Positions 41,477 to 54,300 of a stretch of DNA of 64,000 nucleotides are shown in pieces (the first letter of the stretch is position 1; the number at the start of each line of letters is the position of its first letter). Position numbers and translations under genes: made by a program. The DNA comes from Octopus vulgaris (taxonomy: Eukaryota): contig OX597830.1 in the NCBI GenBank assembly GCA_951406725.2, forward strand, positions 1,364,001 to 1,428,000, read 5' to 3'. Below the pieces are notes generated by a model. That model was not told where the DNA came from, did not search any database, and saw only the letters and a list, made by a program, of their open reading frames with translations.

Positions 41477-41570
41477 GTTCAACAGCTGTTTCTGGGGGCT
41501 TGGTGGTCCAAAGTAATGATTGTAAATCGATTCCATCATCGGATTGTACCAGCCTCCTTCTTCAGGGAAG
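41477..41570 (-). ncRNA. Decayed hammerhead-like motif (possible old Penelope pLTR)
   Basis: Minus strand CUGAAGA, long stem II (GGCUGGU..ACCAAGCC), GAAA-CAGCUG-UU with palindromic stem III; stem I poorly paired. Confidence 0.5.
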
Positions 41571-42503
41571 AAGTTTACAGTAGGTGTTGACAGAAAGGAG
41601 CTTAAAAATGGAATGATATTTTGTATTGGAATGAGGATTCGGGGGGTAATTAGATAGTGGGAGGATAAAATAAACTTCAGGGTTAGGGGTTATTAATGAG
41701 GCTAGTAGCAGAAGTAGAAGAAAGAGCGAAGGGTGGTTTAGGTGCTATGTGAATGTTAACGATTGTATTATTTTGTATGAAGTCTATAAATTGACTGGTT
41801 TAGTGGTTGACGGAAATTAGTAAGTTATGTAGAGAGGAATGAGAGATGAAGGGGTGAGAAGTTGGTCAAAATAGTTGTTATAAGGACAAAGGTGCTGGGC
41901 CGGTATTGAAGGGGTATACACACACGCACATATATGCATACATATCAACTATTAAGGATTAGAATGAATCAGGTATTTAAATAAACAGCACCTCTAGTTG
42001 AATAAATCTCATTGGTATTGAAGTACATCCAGTGAAATAATCAGGTTATGTATACAGACCCTTATGTGTATTTTAATAGCTTATTGGCTAATCGAAAAGT
42101 ATACGTTGTATTGACCATACGGTATCTGATACACTCTAGCGTCTCTCACTGGTCGGAATTCTAGTGTGGTGCATTATGAACAAATAAATAACAAACGGTG
42201 GTTAAGTACCACTTTATTACAGCTTATACAGAACAATATAAGGATGAAAAGCTGAGAGTAAAGACGGAGGAAATGCCGCTAAGTATTTTCCCCGTCATAT
42301 TAACGATCCAGCCAGCTCGCCGACACAAGTGGTCTGTTAATATTAAAAGCAAGTCGAGTAACGAGCTGGCAGAATCGTGTACTACGATCTACGTGTGTGC
42401 TTTCATGTACGAAGCACCTACATAAAAGGATCCTTAAAGGCTAACAATGCAGTATTCGGTGTTCTAACAAGACATCCACGTTAAATAGGATATAAAGATT
42501 ATC

Positions 42504-43708
42504 TTGATTGATTGATTGATTGATTCCAGTTCCAGCCTATGAGCTGTGGCCATGCTGGGGCACCGCCATTTGGTGTTGCTACTTGGTTTTACTTCATGGG
42601 GGCTTTCTAGCAACTGCTATTTGGTGCATGAGAGAGTTCGATGCAGCTGCCCTCATCTGCCCCTCCTGCCGTGAAGTTGGTTCATCTGGGACACCAGACA
42701 GGAAGAGATCCAGCTTCATTTTAAAGACATCTGTATCCACCCCATGCAGGTCTCTCAGGTTCTTCGGGAGGATATTGAAGAGCTGTGGGCCTCGGAAGCC
42801 CAGGCTATCACAGAATCTTGTCCTACATCTTGATGGCAGGTTTGGAGTCCTAGGCACCACGCAGTGGCGCCCAGTTCTGGCATTTGTGTAACTCTCGATG
42901 CCAAAGTTCAGGACACTTCCCTCCAGGATCTTCCAGATGTATATTATGGCATATCTTTCCCGCCTACGCTCCAGGGAGTATAATTTTAATCTCTTGAGTC
43001 TTTCCCAGTAGCTTACATTCTGCATAGAGGCTATCTTCTTTGTGTAGCTTCGTTGGATCGCCTCAAGTTCTGTGATCAACTTGACACTGGATGGTGACCA
43101 TAGCTGAGAGCAATAGTCAAAGTGGCTTAGGACAAGTGTCTTCCAGAGGACCATCATGGTTTCTTGTTCTCTTGTTCTAAAGGTTCTAAGAATCCAGCCA
43201 GCCAGCCGTCTACATTTCACTGTCAGTTTAGCAACATGTACATGAAAGGTCGCGTCATCACTCATGTGAATACCCAGGTCACGCACTGATTGTGCCTCTG
43301 GGATTGCAATCCCTCCGGGTCCAGTGTATTCGTTGGGTATTGCATTCAGTTTTGCATGCTGATAGTATAAAGCTTGAAACTTTCCAGCATTGAACTGCAT
43401 GCTATTCTTTTCAGCCCACTTGTATATTTCGTCCAGCTCACATTGCAGGTTTTTAGTGTCCTCAGGGTTCTGTATTGCCTGTGAAACTTTTGTATCATCT
43501 GCATAACTTGTGATCGTGGATCTCTGCGTGGCTGAGGGCATGTCTGAGAGGGCCATTATGAACAGTAGTGGTCCCAAAACAGTGCCCTGTGGAACACCAC
43601 TCATTATTTGCGTGTTAATGGAAGTGGCCCCATTGGCTACTACCACCTGACTTCTATTCTTCAGAAAGTCGTGAAGCCATTCTCCTAGTTTTCCAACTAT
43701 GCCAAGAT

Positions 43709-43709
<1 letters not shown>
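42504..43709 (-). mobile_element. 5'-truncated CR1-group LINE, family A, solitary copy
   Basis: ORF 42594-43646 is nearly identical to the family A RT; (ATCA)n tail; 5' junction abuts (TA)n 43711-43741. Confidence 0.95.
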
Positions 43710-43744
<35 letters not shown>

Positions 43745-45313
43745 TGAATATTACATTTCTCATCCAGTAATATTAATCAATAACTTCAAAATGTAAAAGC
43801 TAATTCTGATCGATTCTGTAGATTTGTTGTTGGTCACACAATTGTGGTGAGGAGTTATAGCCGAGATACATTAACTCTCTGATAGTTGTTAGGTTTTCGA
43901 ATTTACTGAGCAGATATTAATAACTTCCACCCTCTACAATTCAAAAACTAACATTCTTCCTTACCCAGATCCCAATTTAGAAAAATGTATTAAACACAGT
44001 ATTTAGATATTAAATCTGATATGTTCAATTTATGCACACCTTTCATCGATTCTTATACATTTATTGACGGTCATTAGATATAAATGTGGCACTTTTTTTC
44101 AATATTTTTTCTCCTAATTTTCTCTTATTTGTTGTTGCTGTTGGTGTTTCAATGCTTTACAAATTTTGAGCAACTTCGTTTATTTTCTAGATAACATTAA
44201 ATAATATTTATTTTCTACTTCTTTATCTTTTTATTCTTTTTGTCTACTTCATCCTCTATTTCGTCTCGTTTTACCACCACTTCTTCCTCTTTATCACCTT
44301 GTTCTACAGCATCTTTTATTTCTTCTTCTTTCAATACATTATCATCTACTCCGTCTCCTTTTTCTTTTCTTTCAACTTTTTCTACTTTGTTACCTTTATG
44401 TATTCATATATTTAATTCTGTATTTTTGTACATTTCGCAGACATTTCATTGAAAATTTAACTTTTTTCAAATAACTGCTATTCAGATTGATTTCTCAGTT
44501 TATTTACTAAGAAGAAGTCTTATTGATTCAGCACTTTAGTCAAAGTAATACAATTTCTTCGTTTCATTATCTTTTTTTTCTGTTTTTGTTTTCAATATTC
44601 AGTTGAGAATCTTTAAGTTATTGCAATTCAATACAGATTCTTGTTCTTACATGTGTGTGATTAAATTGTGTTCTTGTTGCTTTTTTTATTTATTAACTGT
44701 TCAAAATATTTATCAATCTTATTTTACAATTTAATAATTTGAATTTTTACTTAATTACTTTCTCTAATTCATAGTCAGAACTAATTTCTAAATAATTGTA
44801 AATTCTTCAGTGTTTTAGTGTTAAATGAAACTTTTGCAAAATCATCATTTAAATTTCTTCATCAATTTTGTTGAGACGAAGTAGAAGACAGATCTATGTG
44901 ACATATTTTAGACTGCCACGAGTTCAAATGATCCTTATTATTACCACTATGGAATGCAGTTCCACGCTCCAATTTCTTCTGTCGGACCGACGAAACGGAC
45001 TCTCACCGAAATGATAGCCAAATCGGCCTCATTCTACGCTTTGACGTTTCGAAAAAAATAGACTTTTTGGCTGAGGTAAACCTATGTATATTGGCTGTAT
45101 AAAAGAAGGGATTGTCACCAACGGAATAACTTAGATCAAATTTCCGTTAAATAACTTCGGAACTGTTACTAAATGTATCTGACCGAGAACAGATTATTAT
45201 TTCGGTTAACTTTTATCGGATATGCAACAGAAAACAAAATATTCCCATCGGAAATTTATTTATATAATACGAGTAAACCACTTCAATACTCTTTGTTATT
45301 TTAAAGATATGCA

Positions 45314-45680
<367 letters not shown>

Positions 45681-45859
45681 TTTATTTCATATAATTTGCC
45701 ATTTAGGCATTTACAAAGAGGGAACAAACAAGGACAGACAAATATAAAGGGTGAAGTAGCTTAACACAGTTACAATTTTCGAATGAAATTACGGATAAGA
45801 TTATAAACAATGAATTTTACGAAGGCAATGTTTAAAGATATTAATGATCATGTCGAAGG

Positions 45860-48800
45860 ACGGACACCCAACCATCCGGGTAGAACCTTTACTTTCTGAT
45901 CCGGTCACACTTACCTGGTGCCAAACATACCCATCTTGTATGCCACAGGCTTCCATCTTTTCACAAACATATCTCGTGACAGACACCTCTTCTCCAGCCT
46001 GATTTTGCTACTGAGGTGGTAACTAAAAAAGTTAATCAACCCCTGGCCTGAGACAAAGGTGCCTGTCACTATACCTTTCGTACGCGTCTTCCATACTGTT
46101 TCTTTCAGTATGGCTACTACACAGAAAAACAAGCCTTTCTTTCCCTGTTAAGGAAAGGGGGCGGCACAATCTCGATGATAGACTCAGCTGATAGCTGTAC
46201 TCTTCCCATCACTGACAACAGTTGTTCAACAAAAGCTATCAGTCCCGATAACTCCGGACACTCCACGAATGCGTGCAAGACGGTCTCCCTATCCTGCTCA
46301 CATCGCGGGCATGTCGGCGAGACGGCACTACCGTGCCTTGACAGCTTGTCGCGAACAGGTAAAGCCGCACGGAAACACTGCCAGGCCAGGGATTTCTGGT
46401 AATTATCCAGACACCCCGGCCCGAACGTCCTCCGGAATAGGTTGACCAACTGATTTTCATCGTAGCCCAGGGTCTCCCCCAAGGCGTCTTCGGACTTAAT
46501 CTCCACTAACCCGCTATAGAAATCCGTGGTGGAACTCCTGTTGCCGGCGTTGCCCACCCGAGATAGTAGCTGGAGCGCCTGACGGCACTCCAAATGCCAT
46601 TCACTCAGTTTAGGTCTCCGCTTGATCCATGCACCGATGTCCGTTAGGGATGTTAACTGGGGAAGGTAGAACCGGACGTGCGGCGACCACACCTGCTCTC
46701 CATCCAGGTAAAGCCAGAGGTGCCTCAACCTTAACGCGAGTTTTCGCATCCTCAGCCAAGGCATCCCTAGCCCACCCTTTAGCGGTTTCTGGCAGCAGAC
46801 AGAGCGCTTTACAAGTGGCTTTCCTCCTTTCCACAAAAATCGGAAAAGGATTCTCTCCAACTTGTTCAGCCACAAATCGGGGCAAGGCACCACGGTCAGA
46901 CGGTAGGTGATTACTGATGCTATAAACATCTGCACCACCTCTGCCTTCCCTAGCAGGGATAACGCCCGCCCAGACCAGGTCTGGGTTAGAGCGGTCACCT
47001 TGTTGGCCACCTCACTCCAATTTTTCTCAATCTGGAGGTCTGGCCCGAACCAGACTCCGAGCAGCTTAACAGGACCTTCCGTCCAACGCCCTACGACGTT
47101 ATTGGACGGCATCGGCTTGCCCCTCCAGGTGCCGAGTTGCAAACCGACCGACTTGTCCTTGTTAACCTTTGCTCCTGCCACCGCCTCGTAGCTTTTGATG
47201 GCCTCTTCCACCACTGGAAGCTGGCCTTCGTCTGCCACGATGATGGAGGTGTCATCCGCATACGCCGTAGCTCCTCTTCCACACAATAGATCATGCGGCG
47301 CGCCCCCTAGTGCCTCCAACTTCCGCAGCAAAGGCTCAAGAGCCAATACGTATAGGAGCGAGGACAGGGGACACCCATGACGAACTGAACGCTCGATCCT
47401 GAACGGCTTCGAAAAGGAACCGTTCACCTTGACTACAGACTCGATGTCGCTATACAAAGCAGCGATCCAACCTCGAAAGGTCGGGCCTTGGCCAGCCTCT
47501 CCGAGGACCGCCGCCAGGTACCGATGGTCGACCCTATCAAATGCTTTGGACTGGTCTAAATGTGCCAGTGCTCCCCCTGCGCCAGAAAGCTTCCCCACCC
47601 TCTCTAAGGAGTAGCGTATAAGGTGGAGATTGTCATGGATCGTTCTGCCGGGGATAGCGCACGTTTGCGCTTCCCCGACAAGTTTGTCCACGACCCGCGC
47701 CAACCTTTTTGCTAGCACCTTGGCCAGAATCTTTAACTCTGTGTTTAACAGAGTTATGGGCCTGAAGTTCCCTATCTCGTCCCCCTTGTTCGGGTCCTTC
47801 CTGATCAAGGTCACCGCCCCCGGCTCGCAGACTTGGGAATTCTCCCATTCTGCTGCCAGTTGGCGTAGACGCTAGCCAGCAGGTGCCCGAACAAGTCTGG
47901 CATACTTCTATAAAATTCATAGGGCAGACCATAGAGACCCGGCGACTTCTCCCCGGGGCACTTGCCCAACACCTCGATTACTTCCTCGGCTGTGATTGGC
48001 CCTTCACAGCACTCAGCCTCTCGTGTCGAGAGGCGCGGGCCACCAGACAGGAAGTCCCTAAGGGCCTCACCATGATCCAGCGTCCCGCACCTCCCGAACA
48101 ACTCGGCGAAGTGCTTGTGAAGTGCCTCACACATCTCGTCCCGCTTCTTGATCGTGCATCCGTTTTCATCAACAAGAGACCCAATTGTGACATCGTTTCC
48201 ACGCTGTGTTTCTATCGTACGGGCCCATCCGGCAACATTAATTCCCTCACGGCCCAATGCTCGTACTTTAGCCCGGACTCTACATCCCTCATGTTTGGTT
48301 TTGAGGTGACGGTCTAATGCCGTTCTCGCCGCTAAAATGTGAGATGCAGAGCCCAACCTCAACGCCTCCTCTAAGTTCTTAACTAGTTGCCCTTCTATTC
48401 TAGCCCTATCTAGTCTTAGTTGTTTACTAAATCTAATGGACTTTAATCGAATGGCTCTTTTGAGGGTGAATCACCACCTGTTATTAACCACGGCTCCGGT
48501 TAACGCCCTCTGCACTAACACCTTAATCCGGCTACGGTATGCTTCGCGTGTCAAAATAGACTTGTTCAGCTTTCAGTAGCCGGTTCCTATCTTAAGTGTG
48601 CTATCTATGTCCAGTCTACACGTGACCATTCTATGGTCAGTATAGGGCACCTGGACGAGCTGTGGACAACTAAAACTAGACTTATCTCTAGTTCTTATCA
48701 CTATCCTGTCTAGATAAGACTTGAACCTTCCGTCGCCACTCATCCAGGTCCACTCTGGGACGTTCGGATGGTCAAGTCTGTAACGATCTGCTAGCTGAAA

Positions 48801-49245
48801 CCGCTTAAGCAGATCCACGAGACGTGAGTTCACTTTCCTATAGATCGAGCCAACGCTATCGATGTGTACGTCAACGATAGCATTAAAGTCCCCTAATATC
48901 ACTAAAATCTTCGACGTCACGAGAAAGCCCTCTAGGCACCGATAAAAATCAGTTTGGAAACCTCTAGCACAAGGTGCATAGAGTCCGATCAACCTGAAGG
49001 CCTTACTGCTGTATGTCACATCAAGGACGACTAGCCCACCTTCTGGGTCTACATAGACTGTACTTGTCTGTAGAGCCAAGTCTTTACGGATCAGTACCAC
49101 TACGCCCCCTCGCCCTCCGGTCTGGCCAGGAGACATGATTTTCTCGTAGCCATTCAGGAGAGGCGAGAAGGTTTGTAGGCTGTCCAGCTTGGTCTCTGTA
49201 GCAACCATCACATGTATATCATGTGATCTGAGGTCGTCGAGGTGT
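45860..49245 (-). pseudogene. Tx1-like ORF2 (APE + RT + zf-RVT), disrupted
   Basis: ATETKL, LYAP, GDFN, YLDR, TDH; KSPG, NFRPITLLN, DQSKAFDRV, GCPLS, YADD, CPRC..ETVLHAFVEC. Split over ORFs 48573-49643, 47811-48362, 46117-47814 and 45911-46132. Confidence 0.88.
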
Positions 49246-49249
49246 CTAT

Positions 49250-50484
49250 TTCGATCTTTGTATTTGTTGTACAGTCTTGCTGACTGATGCTGAACCACAA
49301 TATCGTTTATGTATTTGTCTTGTGTGTCGAATTCAATTAATATGAGTTCATTTTCTTTTTTGTCTTCTTTTTCTGGGCCAGTTGAGCGGGATTTTTTTTT
49401 CCGTGTCTGTGGTGTGTCTTTGTTTTTATTATTTTTTGTAGGGGATGTGGACGGGGATGCTGCACGAATTCTTTTACGAACTGGTGTAAATCCCCCCTCT
49501 GATACCTCCATGGTATCGTCTGGGGTAGCAATAGTTTGTTCGGTAGGCGCCGCAGTTTTTAGGGGGGTGGGAGGTTTTAATAGTGTAGGGGTTTGTGAGT
49601 GCGAGGGCTGGGTTTTTTCTTCAGTCTGTTTTGGGGTTGGCACCGTAACAGCAGGAGTGGGCTTTTTTGTTTTTGCAGGGGTAGGTGTGTTTGCAAGGGT
49701 AGGGACTTTTTTTATTATCTGAGGGGCCTGGTGTCTGCGGTTTCTTTTGCTTGTCTGGACAGTCTACACGAATGTGGCCCTTTTTGCCGCAGGCGTAACA
49801 GGTGGGTTTTCGGCCTTCGACCTGTACCCTGAGGGCTACGTTCTCGCCCACGAGCACCCTCTCAGGAAGGAGCTGCAGGTCCTCCGCTGTTCCTTGAATT
49901 AATATATTAATGTTACGCCCGAGCCAAAATCGAGGGGTAGAGCATGTTACTTCTAGTATTTTTATTTTGTCCGCCCTATTATATAACAGGGCGGCCACTA
50001 CCTCAACCGGATCTACTTCCGGCGGGGCTTCTACAATCCTGACCCGGGACGTCCTGCGTCCCCTATAGCTTGGGAAAAGTACCACCTCCTTGGTTTTTAG
50101 GGGGTTCACAGAATGCCCGCGGGCCATTTCTTCCCCCGAGAAGCGGACATCCACAGTGCCATATGCCCGTCCCCTGGCGACGTACACGATGTCCTTCCAA
50201 ATCGGGGACAGGCATTTCTCGATGGTGCTTTTTTCAAAGTGTTTGAACCTTCTGCTTTGTGGACAGAAAGTTTTAAACACTACGGTCCGCTTCTCGGTCT
50301 CCACGATACTGGCGGAGGGTGATATTTTAACATCACCACCCTCCTCTTGCATTCTTTTAAATAGCTCGACGAGCTGGTTGACATCGATGCCAATATTCTC
50401 GGTAGCCACTGCGGCTACCGCACAAAATTTTTTAACATTGCTCTCCTCAAGAGCACTACTTTCGTGAATAATTTCAACAGACAT
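49250..50484 (-). pseudogene. Tx1-like ORF1 (gag-like, CCHC knuckle), frameshifted near 49700
   Basis: ATG at 50484 (MSVEIIHESS); CYACGKKGHIRVDC; the Pro/Thr/Lys-rich tail continues in another frame. Confidence 0.8.
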
Positions 50485-50873
50485 TATTCTGTTGAAATTA
50501 GACAACAGAAAAATTACGAGTATTGGTTTCCCACAAAACTGGGAAACCTATAGAAAGTTTTTCTTCCAAAGTAGTTCAAAAAAGCAGTTCAAAAATTCCA
50601 ATTCCCACCCCCATTCGGGGGAGGGGCACGAAAATAGTCTGGCAGGACTATATATAGTCACGTAAGTAAAAAGCCACAATGGCTAACAGTTCAACGGTAA
50701 GAAATTATCCAATTATTCCCCGGCAAAACCGGAGAACAAGACAGTTCAGCAACGTTTAAAGGCAAATTTTCAGTAGTAGAAATTCAACAATTAACAACAC
50801 AGCAAAACTCTTACCGGGAAGAAAACGCGTCCAAACCGTAGTACGGTAGGCAAAGTCACTCTTCTGTCAGTGA

Positions 50874-50909
50874 GGTTAGCAAGCTACTTACCACACAGCC
50901 ACTCCTGCC
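50874..50909 (-). mobile_element. 5' end (A-box) of the SINE interrupted by the Tx1-like element
   Basis: Minus strand ggcaggagtggctgtgtggtaagtagcttgctaacc joins seamlessly to 45666 once the insert and one TSD are removed. Confidence 0.88.
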
Positions 50910-51183
50910 ACTAAAACATATATAAGTGTATATCAGAGGAGTTAAAACTATTCAAACATTTCAAAACTTGTACCATGATTAATAACTACCATTCACTCGC
51001 ATTCGCAACAACTTTATTAAATTAATTTTGTATTTATATTCACACAAGAGAGTTACAGCTTGAAAGTTAATGTATGTTTACCTTTTATTTTATATCTAAA
51101 GTGGTGCACAGGCACCATCTTTAAAATTTGTCGTCAAAATAATCGAACTTAAGTACTTATTTTAATAAAACTTTATAGTTAAT

Positions 51184-51399
51184 TTATTGGTCTCTCTGCC
51201 GAATCTCTAAGTTACTGTGGACGTAAACACGTCAACATCGGTTTTCATGCGGTAATAGGAGATCACAGACATACGATGGGATTATTAGTTTCCGTCTACC
51301 AAATCCACTCAGACTTTGATCGGCCCAGGACTGTAGCAAAAGACATCTGCTCAAGGTGCCGTGTAGTGGAACCATGGAAGCAAATCTCTTACCACACAG
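51184..51399 (-). mobile_element. Degenerate tRNA-derived SINE of the same superfamily
   Basis: gtttccgtctaccaaatccactca..cttaccacacag matches the SINEs at 30.4 and 45.5 kb. Confidence 0.75.
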
Positions 51400-54300
51400 T
51401 TATATATATGTACACACGCACACACACGCACACGCATATATATCTTTAAATACAATATATGACTCCTGACACTAATGTGATATTATTTCTATCTTAGAAA
51501 ATATCCCTAAAATAACATCTTAAGACAACGATATAAGGTGGAACTGTTTAGTATTTGTACCGAAATTTTCAACGTTTTGATTTGGAGCAAAATGCAGCTA
51601 AGATTATGAAAACACTACTCCATAAATAAATATTCTATGTTTGACAGTAACCTGTGTGTTGTAAAGAAAATAAGATGAAGTATAATAGAAAGGATTCCAA
51701 TGATAATCGGCGGAGGGAGAAAGTTGTTCTAATTGTAAATAATATGCCCGGAAAAATATTTAAATGCACGCGCATTTCTCACATGGCGGTAGTTTTAGGT
51801 TTCTAAAAGTCCCACTGTAACATGAAGGTACGTCGTATATAATATTAGTTCCACAGAGTTAATGACAATGTTTCGGATAAGGAAATTCCGCCTTGTGGAA
51901 CAGTGTACGATGTTTGTGTAACGCAAAGGATGCTTGCAAAATACTTTGTCCAAGACATACCTCAAGAAACGCAAGTCTTTAGCAAAGTATGTTTTAAAAG
52001 GCAAATCACTGGCCAGAATCCGCCTGCCCTACAGCCAGGACTAATTATTGATTTCTCCTGAAGAAACTCTTCCATCCCTTTATGCGTTTATTGTAATCAA
52101 GCCAAGTAAACAGATGCCGTTCTTTCAAAGTAAATTGATTGGGCGAATGGTGTACATTAGCCGCCGACCATATGTCTATATGAGAACTTCTACCGTGATA
52201 TACGGTACCACTATCAGAACGATCTAACCTGACTATATAGCAAATATATTTTTTATGCCGTTTATATCACCGTGGAATAATTTTCTTTCGATTGAGTGTT
52301 TCGTTGAAGCAATTGTGAAACTATTGAACATTCCTTATTCTTGATATCTTACGCAAAATTATCGACAATCACTCGAAGCGACAAACAATTATCTAAACAA
52401 ACAATTTATAAGTTCTACTTTTACATTCCAAGAATATAAACTACTGTAGCAATATTCTATATTTTCAAAATTTCAGTAAGTTTAGATGATTGATAAATAT
52501 GAAAAGGATTTATTTAACCAGTAAGTTTCTTAATATCCACGATTGTATACTGTGATAGTACTTGAATAGTTTTATACGCACCTTAAATGTATAAACTGTA
52601 TGCAAGCCCTCGTTGGATAATTGATCTGCTGGAAATTGCAGTTAAATGTCCATGATGAAAAGGTTTTGAAAACAGTCCCTATAGTTACGGACAGAGCAAT
52701 TTCGTTTTAGGTTCATTCACTCTGGGCTGTGCTAACATGTAATGCTCTAAATACAACATTGTATAAATATCAATGGAAAAATCACCATAGGAATATCTTT
52801 CAGTTTTTAAAGACTTTTGACTATGTACAATGCCAAATTTGGTTAAGATGGTGGGAGGTGATGAAGTTTACTGGTGGTATTTAGAATAAACATGGAGTCC
52901 TTACTATGGTAATTCATAAATTATTGCTCAATATAATTTGGAGTGTTTGTGTCTCAAATGGAATCATGTATATCTCTTTAATTCCAGAAGAGTGCTTCAC
53001 ATGGGGATTGTCACGACATCGGAGTTTAGGGCTTCTGTAGTTGTCCAAGAGTATTTATGTTGAGATCTCAATGTTCCAAACTAATGAATAAATTGCAACG
53101 GTGGAATTGTTACAGAAATGACTTGCAATTATCAGATTTACTATCAACATGCACCGCTTCACTCATAAATAACACACGCCCGCTGATAGATTGAGAGATA
53201 CATTTAAGAATATACCCACAAATGTTATACACTCATTGTCAGTATGCCACTCGCACATAGTATACACTCGTTGGTAAACTGATAGTCGTGCGACACCTAT
53301 GTCCCTTTTAGTGCTGCTGCAAATATTTTTAAAGCCCTTTTAATTATTATATAACTAAAATCACTAACAATACGAACATCATGTACACGGCTACCATTAC
53401 TACAGTCACCAGCATTCCCCACCACCGCTTTAAACTGCCGCCGCTGCCACCACCACTACCACCGAGAACAATAACAACGTCACAACTTCTACCACCTCAA
53501 ACACACGCACTATCACCACTACCATCACCGGCATGACTGAATTTCAATACAATTTTGGTGTTTGCCCGATAATTACAATTCATTCCAGCTCACTTGTCAT
53601 GGCACAGCATACCGAGGTTTTCGATCTGCTGTGTCATATTGCTCAAAAGAAAAAATAAAGGAAAAACAAGTAAATATAAAAGTATTTCATAAAGAAGATT
53701 CACCTCGAAAAGTATCGAATGTTTAACGTAACCCACGCACGCACACAGAAGCCTACACATATGTTTATGTATGTGTGTGTATGTATGTGCTTGCATTTGT
53801 GTGTACATAATAATTCCTTCAGGTACCAAAATAAGAATGTCAAATATTTCATTAAAAAAAATAATAAAGAGTATAAATTACAATAAAATCGAACAAAACT
53901 TCATTATCAAATGTTCAGCCATTATGAACTTGTATACTTTAGGTCAAAAGTGTGTAATCTACTGAGAAATAGCTTCGGCTTTATTCGAATGGTTGGAAAT
54001 TGAAATCAAATTGTGAAATATCAACCGATGATAAGCTTTCCTGGAAATTTAGATCAACATCTTTAAATCACCAAAACAAAGGAATAAAACTCATTAGAAG
54101 GTCAATTGTTTACATTAATGTTTCAAGCCTGCCATTTATGTTTTAGTTGGAAACTACAGACTGGAAAAGTGTTTAAAAAATAATCGCAATCAGTTTCACT
54201 TAAACATTACAATTAACTAAACAAGAAAAAAAACTCATTTCTTTTCAAATGTCTTTTGTTTCTTATATAAAAATAATGGATCAGGGAAATGTGGTGTATA

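Larger units (their letters stand above)
45681..50873 (-). mobile_element. Near full-length Tx1-like (L1 clade) non-LTR retrotransposon with 14-bp TSD
   Basis: ggttagcaagctac at 45667-45680 and 50874-50887; CCHC ORF1, APE, RT and C-terminal Cys/His finger; ends in GAAATAAA with no long poly(A). Confidence 0.92.

Noticed and set aside
42040-42120. cgaaaagtatacgtt as another hammerhead
   Set aside because: No CUGANGA box upstream; too degenerate to call.
43760-44870. Very old minus-strand L1/Tx1-like ORF1-endonuclease remnant
   Set aside because: Only a faint GRMLVF-like fragment and a Lys/Glu-rich composition; not enough to support a feature.
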